Part shown: positions 42,565-47,490 of the stretch, piece by piece
Numbering within the stretch: the first letter of the stretch is position 1
Layout of the letters: the number at the start of each line of letters is the position of its first letter
IMG/VR virus record: IMGVR_UViG_3300049781_000058
Location: 1-47,490 of that record
Reading direction: 5' to 3' (one strand)
From: a virus
Lineage: Duplodnaviria > Caudoviricetes
Length of the DNA stretch: 47,490 nt
Position numbers and translations under genes: made by a program
The notes under the pieces: generated by a model
Databases searched by the model: none
Seen by the model: only the letters and a program-made list of their open reading frames with translations
Told to the model about the DNA's origin: nothing

Positions 42565-45500
42565 TCACCTCCCTCCAGGGTGGACGCGGCGCGACAGCAT
42601 CCGCATCACGATCCGCACCGCGTCACGCTCTAGATCCGCCTGCGACTTCCCCCACGCCACCGTCGGCCGGCCCGCAGCGACCAGCGCCTGCGGCTGCCCC
42701 GACGCCACCCGCGCACGCATCTTCGGCACCGGGAACCCCGGCACGTTCACCGCCAGGAGCCCCACCAGCCGCAGCTCCCCACCGATCCGCCGCCAGTCCC
42801 CCGACACCTGCCCGGCCGCCTGCAACTCGTACACCTTCAGCGGATCCGCCCCGGGCCGCACACACCCCGCCACCCAGATACCGTGCGCGTCGTTGCCCAC
42901 CGCCACGTCCGCGACGGCCGCGCCGGTGTTGTCGTAGTGCTCGGCCGCCGGCGTCGCCCCGTAGTGCAGCGGCGCATGCCCCGTGCCCACCGTGATCTGA
43001 CCGACCGCCACCCGCGAGCTGTCCGCGCACACCACCTCACCAGTGCGGTAGTACGGGTGGGCGTCCTCGTGCGGCGGCTGCACACACACCTCGTCCTGCC
43101 CGATGTGGCAGGAACCCCACTGCGCGGCGTGCCCGTAGATGCGGCCCTCGTCCGTCACCGTGATCGGCGTCGGCAGCGACAGCCCCGGGTCGGTGAACCA
43201 CTCGGCCGGCGGCCGCCACAGCTCGGCCCCCGCCGTCACCGCGTGCAGAGCACGGAACGGCTCCGGCTCCTGCCCGGCGTCCCGCAGGTGCCCGGCCACG
43301 TGGTCGTACACGCCGCGCCGGTCGGCGTCCGGGATGGACGATCCGCCGCGCGCACCGTGCAGGGCCCCGATCGCCGCCGAGCACGCGGCGAGATTCGCCG
43401 CTCCGACGGTGCCGTCGGCGTTGATCTCGTGGTGGAGGAACTTGCAGGCCGTCTTGGGGAGTTCGCCCCCCTCGACGGCGCCGCCGTCGTACCAGGCGTA
43501 CGCGTCGCGGGCCTTGTCCACGGTGAGGGGGCCGTCGAGGTTCTTCTCGTTCGCGGCCGCGTCCCACGGGCCGTCGGTGGTCGCGGTGTGGTGGGCGGTG
43601 ACGGCGCCCATCTCCTGCACCCGCAGTTCGGCGAGCTCCGCCGCGGTGACCGGGGCCCCGCCGGCGACGACCGCGCCCTGCTCGTCGAGGAGCGCGATGT
43701 ACGCCTCGGCGAAGGCGGGGATGTCGACCAGCGTCGCGGCGCGGATGCGGCCGCCGTGGAAGATGACCTTCTCGGGCTGCGCGAACAGCATCTCGAACAG
43801 GTCGTCCTCGCCGTCGCCTTCACCGGTCCCGGCGTTGACGTCGTCGGGCCACACGAACTCCATGTCGGCGTCCGAGATGGAGTCGGCGTCGATGCTGACG
43901 CCGCGCAGGAACTTGCCCTTGATCTTGCCGTAGACCTTGCGGCCGTCGTCGTCGGACAGGTCCAGGACACCGCGGCCCATGACCTTGTTGCCGTCACGCC
44001 AGACCTCGTCGATGCGGCCGACGTTGACGGCGATCGTGCGGGCCTCGCCGCCGTGGGAGTCTTCCTTGTTCCAGCGCAGCGGCACCGGCAGGTCGGCCCA
44101 GGTGAGGGAGTCGGGGGCGAACTCGCGGCCGTCACCGGTGACGATGCCCTCGACGGCGAGCGGGCCTTCCCACGGGGCGGTCTGGCCCGCGTAGTCCATG
44201 TCCTCGTCGTCGGGTTCCTCGTTGGCGCCGGAGCTGTCGTCCATCTCCGTGCGCGCGGCGTCGGCGTCGGCCTGGGTGGCGTAGCAGCCTTGCAGCTGGT
44301 TCTCGTCGTCGACGACGGCCCACGGCGTGTCGGCACCGCAGTCCGGGTGGTCCTGCACAGTGCGGTACACGGTGCCTCCCTGCTCGTGTTCGGACGGGGG
44401 GATTGTGGCCGCAGCAAGCGCCATGATCGTTCCGGCTGCTGCCTGGTCGCTGTCCTGGGGCCAGACGGTGACGAGTGTTCCGCGACAGCGGGCGCCGCCG
44501 AGGCACTCGGTGTAGCCGCCGGTGGGGTACGCCTTCCGCGCCTCGGCAAGGTCGGTGTACTGAGTGCCGTCGATGTCCCGGCACGGCTTGCACGAGTTCT
44601 TGTCCAGGGCCTCGCTCGCCGTGTACGTCGCAGGCGGGGCGACGGCGAGGACGGCGAAGCGACCCTCGTTCTGCGCGGCCGACATCGCTGCGCCGATCTG
44701 CTCCTCCACGGCGGCCTGCGACAGGCCGGCCAGGTGCTCGTCGACGGCTTCGGCCACCTGGGCGCTGCTGCCGGATCCCCACACCCGCATCGCCTGCCGG
44801 ACCGCGGACTGCACCAGCCCCACGCCGAGGACGCGCGCGGCCGTACGGCCCATCTGCCTCAGCCGGTCGCGGATCGCTGCTGCGGTGAGGGCCTCGTCGT
44901 CGAGGGACCAGTCGGGGACGGTGACGCCCTGCTGCTCGGCTTCGTTCTGCTGGGCTTCGCCTGCGTCGCGCGCGTAGGCGATCATGCGGGCGATGAGGAG
45001 GTCTGCGCCGTCGCTGGTGTCGACGGTGAGGTCGTCGAGGCGGTTCAGGTCGTCGGCCTCGGCGGCGGCCTTCACGGCGGCGGTGATCTGCTTGCGCTGC
45101 GCTGCCTGGATGTCGGCCCACGCGGTGACGGCGCCGTCGACGGCCTTGTGCCAGGCCTGGTCCATGGTGGCGAAGTCGACGTGGCTGCGGGTCTCCACCT
45201 CGGTGGGCTGGCGACGCAGTGCCCCGGCCGCCGCAGTCACGGCGCGGTCGAGAGGGATGTCGGTGTTGTCGCCGGCGAACGCCACCCTCACCCGGTCGAA
45301 GACGATCGGGCCGAGCCGCTCCTCCATCGGGGCGAGCAGCCCCGGCTCGGCGGAGTACGCGGCGCAGACGTGCGGCACCCACGGCGTGTGCTGACTGGGC
45401 AACTCCGGTGCGTCACCCGCCTCCATCACGCCCTCCTCCACTGCCATGCCGATCGCCCCGTGCAGCATGCCCAGCAGCCGGGGCGTCTCCGAGTCGTCGC

Positions 45501-45804
45501 CCACCGACCACACCCAGCAGGGCTCGTCACCATCGCCGTTCCAGTGCGCGGCACCGAAGGCCCGTCCTGAGACAGGCCCGTTGACGTAGTGAGGCAGCAC
45601 CCCGGCGACGGCGTCCGTGATGCTCTGCCGGGCCGCGTCGCTGAAGTCGGCGCCCGTGCCGAGGTAGAACAGCGTGAGGTGCAGCTGGTCGGCGGGCTCG
45701 CCGCCCTCGATCGCCAGCCGGGCCGCGTCCTCCTCCGTCGGCATCAGCGCGACCATGGCGCCGGAGGTGTGCGAGCCGTCAGCGGCGGCTGTCAGCGAGG
45801 CCAT
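42565..45804 (-). CDS. Head polyprotein: 2H phosphoesterase, MuF-like minor head domain and capsid maturation protease domains
   Basis: HLTL (aa 42) and PHVC (aa 145); LDKNSCKPCRDIDG..CLGGARCRG; EGIVTGDGR..RGVSID..TLVDIPAF; GRIYGH..GIWVAG..SGDWR..VNVPGFP; located between portal and capsid. Confidence 0.8.
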   Translation of the reverse strand: MASLTAAADGSHTSGAMVALMPTEEDAARLAIEGGEPADQLHLTLFYLGTGADFSDAARQSITDAVAGVLPHYVNGPVSGRAFGAAHWNGDGDEPCWVWSVGDDSETPRLLGMLHGAIGMAVEEGVMEAGDAPELPSQHTPWVPHVCAAYSAEPGLLAPMEERLGPIVFDRVRVAFAGDNTDIPLDRAVTAAAGALRRQPTEVETRSHVDFATMDQAWHKAVDGAVTAWADIQAAQRKQITAAVKAAAEADDLNRLDDLTVDTSDGADLLIARMIAYARDAGEAQQNEAEQQGVTVPDWSLDDEALTAAAIRDRLRQMGRTAARVLGVGLVQSAVRQAMRVWGSGSSAQVAEAVDEHLAGLSQAAVEEQIGAAMSAAQNEGRFAVLAVAPPATYTASEALDKNSCKPCRDIDGTQYTDLAEARKAYPTGGYTECLGGARCRGTLVTVWPQDSDQAAAGTIMALAAATIPPSEHEQGGTVYRTVQDHPDCGADTPWAVVDDENQLQGCYATQADADAARTEMDDSSGANEEPDDEDMDYAGQTAPWEGPLAVEGIVTGDGREFAPDSLTWADLPVPLRWNKEDSHGGEARTIAVNVGRIDEVWRDGNKVMGRGVLDLSDDDGRKVYGKIKGKFLRGVSIDADSISDADMEFVWPDDVNAGTGEGDGEDDLFEMLFAQPEKVIFHGGRIRAATLVDIPAFAEAYIALLDEQGAVVAGGAPVTAAELAELRVQEMGAVTAHHTATTDGPWDAAANEKNLDGPLTVDKARDAYAWYDGGAVEGGELPKTACKFLHHEINADGTVGAANLAACSAAIGALHGARGGSSIPDADRRGVYDHVAGHLRDAGQEPEPFRALHAVTAGAELWRPPAEWFTDPGLSLPTPITVTDEGRIYGHAAQWGSCHIGQDEVCVQPPHEDAHPYYRTGEVVCADSSRVAVGQITVGTGHAPLHYGATPAAEHYDNTGAAVADVAVGNDAHGIWVAGCVRPGADPLKVYELQAAGQVSGDWRRIGGELRLVGLLAVNVPGFPVPKMRARVASGQPQALVAAGRPTVAWGKSQADLERDAVRIVMRMLSRRVHPGGR
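44402..44435 (-). promoter_or_regulatory. Phage late promoter motif, copy 3 (intragenic)
   Basis: CCGGAACGATC-N17-CACAAT, followed by GGGAGG and an in-frame GTG at 44370. Confidence 0.55.
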
Positions 45805-47488
45805 GCGTGCTCCGAGTCGTCGAGAAGAACCCGCTCGTGTCCATCAGCGGGGCATGGCGGCCGATCGTGAACCGGCCGAACGCGTCAAGCCGGGCCTCGT
45901 ACACACCGGACGTGCCGGGCCGCGGCAGCCCGTGCAGCTTCAGCGCGGCATGCGTGAACGGGCACGAGTAGGCGTGCTGCGAACACAGCGTCGGGTGCAG
46001 CAGTTCCGGTGGCCGGCCGGTCGTGAACCGTACGGCGTGCAGTGCCTGGGCCTGAGTCGCCAGCCGGGCGGCGCGCGCCTCGGCAGCAGCTGCCTGCCGG
46101 GCCGCGTCCACGGCCGGTGGCTCGCCGTCGTTCGGTGCCCCGCGCGTGTCGGGTTCCGGCTCGTCGGCGGCTGGCTCGCGGGGCGCGGCGCCGGGGGCCT
46201 GCGCGGCGACCGGGGTGATGCTGACGTGCTGGCCGATGAGGGTGGACAGGGCGGAGCCAGCGCCGGACGGCAACGTCTTGATGATGATCTTCAGAGCCTG
46301 TTCCTTCAGCTCCTCATCGCTCGGCTTGTCCGACTCGTCGAAGCCTGTCTCGCGGCGCAGCGCCGCGCCGTTGATCTCCAGCCGGTCGTACAGGGCGACT
46401 GCATCGTCGGAGCGGTCGGGGCGAAGGGTGAGCTCGGACATGTCGTACCAGACAACCCACTGCGCCCAGTCCTCGACGCGGGACGCCTTCAGGCGAGGCT
46501 GCAAGTACCCGGCGGTCAGAGCCTGGCAGATGATCTCCGCTTCGGGGGCGATGTGGGTTTTCAGGGCGCTCTCTTCGAGCATCCACTGGCCCCAGTGGTT
46601 CACGTCGCCCATGCCGAGGAGGACCTCGGCGGGCATGTTCAGCATGGTCGCGAGGCCCTTGATCGCGGACTCGCGCTTGTCGAGGATCTTCTCGTCGAGC
46701 TGGAGCGTGAAGTCGATGTGCTTGATCTTGTCGACGTACTCGGCGGGCACCTTGATCGGCAGTGGCACCACCGCGGACGCTGTGCCCGGATTCTGGATCG
46801 CGGTCGCGGCGATCTCGATCCACTCGGCGACGAACGGATCCGGGGCGTCGGCGAACTCCTCCTTCACGGGGAAGGTCACTTCGTCCGGGAAGAGGATCAC
46901 GCCAGCAGAGGCGAGCCGGGACAGGAACTGCGCCATGATGTACCGGTTGATCAGCTCCAGTTCGCGCATCTTGCCCCGCGCGGCCCGGGCCGGCGAGTCG
47001 GCCCGGTAGTGGAACCTCTTGTGCGGCCGCCACACCCTCGTGACGAGCGAGTTGTCGCCGAGCGGCCGCCACTTGGTGCCGTTGTTCGCGGTGGTCTCGT
47101 CGATGACCTCGAAGTGGCCGTGGCCGCGCGCGGCACGGACTTCGTCGATGGAGCGCACGGCCCACCGCTCGACGCCGGTGACGGTCTCGCCCACGAGGTA
47201 GCTCTCGCCGGGCACCGCGAGCTGGGTGCCGAACCCGGACATGAGCTGGGCCTGTCCGGCGACGCCACCGCCGAGGGTCGTCATGAGGTCGACGGCCGTG
47301 CCGGAATCGGCTCGGACGGGTTCGTCGGCGCCGGGCTCCAGCTTCGCCGCGTACAGGCGGATGCGGGAGAGCATCGCGGCGACCCACTCGACGCCGTACC
47401 GGAATTCACCGAGGTCGTCGTAGAAGCCCCAGACCTCTTCTTGCCATGTGTCGGTGGTGCTGACGAGTTCGGTGCGGGGTTCTTTGAC
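45779..47488 (-). CDS. Portal protein (5' end outside the window)
   Basis: Frame open to the window edge. WQEEVWGFYDDLGEFRY..W, RVWRPH..ADSP, SRLASAGV and LLGMGDVNHWGQW resemble mycobacteriophage cluster-B-type portals. Confidence 0.85.
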   Translation of the reverse strand, partial: VKEPRTELVSTTDTWQEEVWGFYDDLGEFRYGVEWVAAMLSRIRLYAAKLEPGADEPVRADSGTAVDLMTTLGGGVAGQAQLMSGFGTQLAVPGESYLVGETVTGVERWAVRSIDEVRAARGHGHFEVIDETTANNGTKWRPLGDNSLVTRVWRPHKRFHYRADSPARAARGKMRELELINRYIMAQFLSRLASAGVILFPDEVTFPVKEEFADAPDPFVAEWIEIAATAIQNPGTASAVVPLPIKVPAEYVDKIKHIDFTLQLDEKILDKRESAIKGLATMLNMPAEVLLGMGDVNHWGQWMLEESALKTHIAPEAEIICQALTAGYLQPRLKASRVEDWAQWVVWYDMSELTLRPDRSDDAVALYDRLEINGAALRRETGFDESDKPSDEELKEQALKIIIKTLPSGAGSALSTLIGQHVSITPVAAQAPGAAPREPAADEPEPDTRGAPNDGEPPAVDAARQAAAAEARAARLATQAQALHAVRFTTGRPPELLHPTLCSQHAYSCPFTHAALKLHGLPRPGTSGVYEARLDAFGRFTIGRHAPLMDTSGFFSTTRSTHGLADSRR

Positions 47489-47490
47489 GG

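Noticed and set aside
42883-45570. 895-aa plus-strand ORF and similar long antisense ORFs (e.g. 25346-27229, 40551-42470, 1531-2955)
   Set aside because: Shadow frames of real minus-strand genes in high-GC DNA; no motifs, RBS or operon logic.

Overview
High-GC actinobacterial (Streptomyces-like) temperate siphophage, seen in its unintegrated gene order. Nearly all genes lie on the minus strand. From right to left: a portal gene cut by the window edge; a 1079-aa head polyprotein (2H phosphoesterase, MuF-like domain, maturation protease); two capsid proteins; neck and tail genes, chaperone, tape measure and minor tail proteins; and a lysis cassette that carries a glycosyltransferase and an inverted wHTH/WhiB pair. 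Next come an accessory island (tRNA-like RNA, HAD hydrolase, XRE-TPR regulator), an intact attP-like inverted repeat beside a large serine integrase, and a cI/cro switch with five operators. The window ends in a long, translationally coupled early operon (exonucleases, Gp3-like protein, RuvC-like resolvase, DUF2303 pair, replicative helicase with internal iteron-like repeats). Four observations stand out. (1) A minor-tail gene appears split in two by a 1681-nt tailspike cassette bounded by in-frame GGAGAC repeats. (2) A possibly virion-packaged 2H (Acb1-like) domain sits between putative protease cleavage motifs. (3) An XRE-TPR/HAD module lies next to a tRNA-like RNA. (4) A phage-specific late promoter motif, CCGGAAYG-N19/20-YANNNT, occurs four times. 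All family assignments come from motif recognition and gene order, not database searches.
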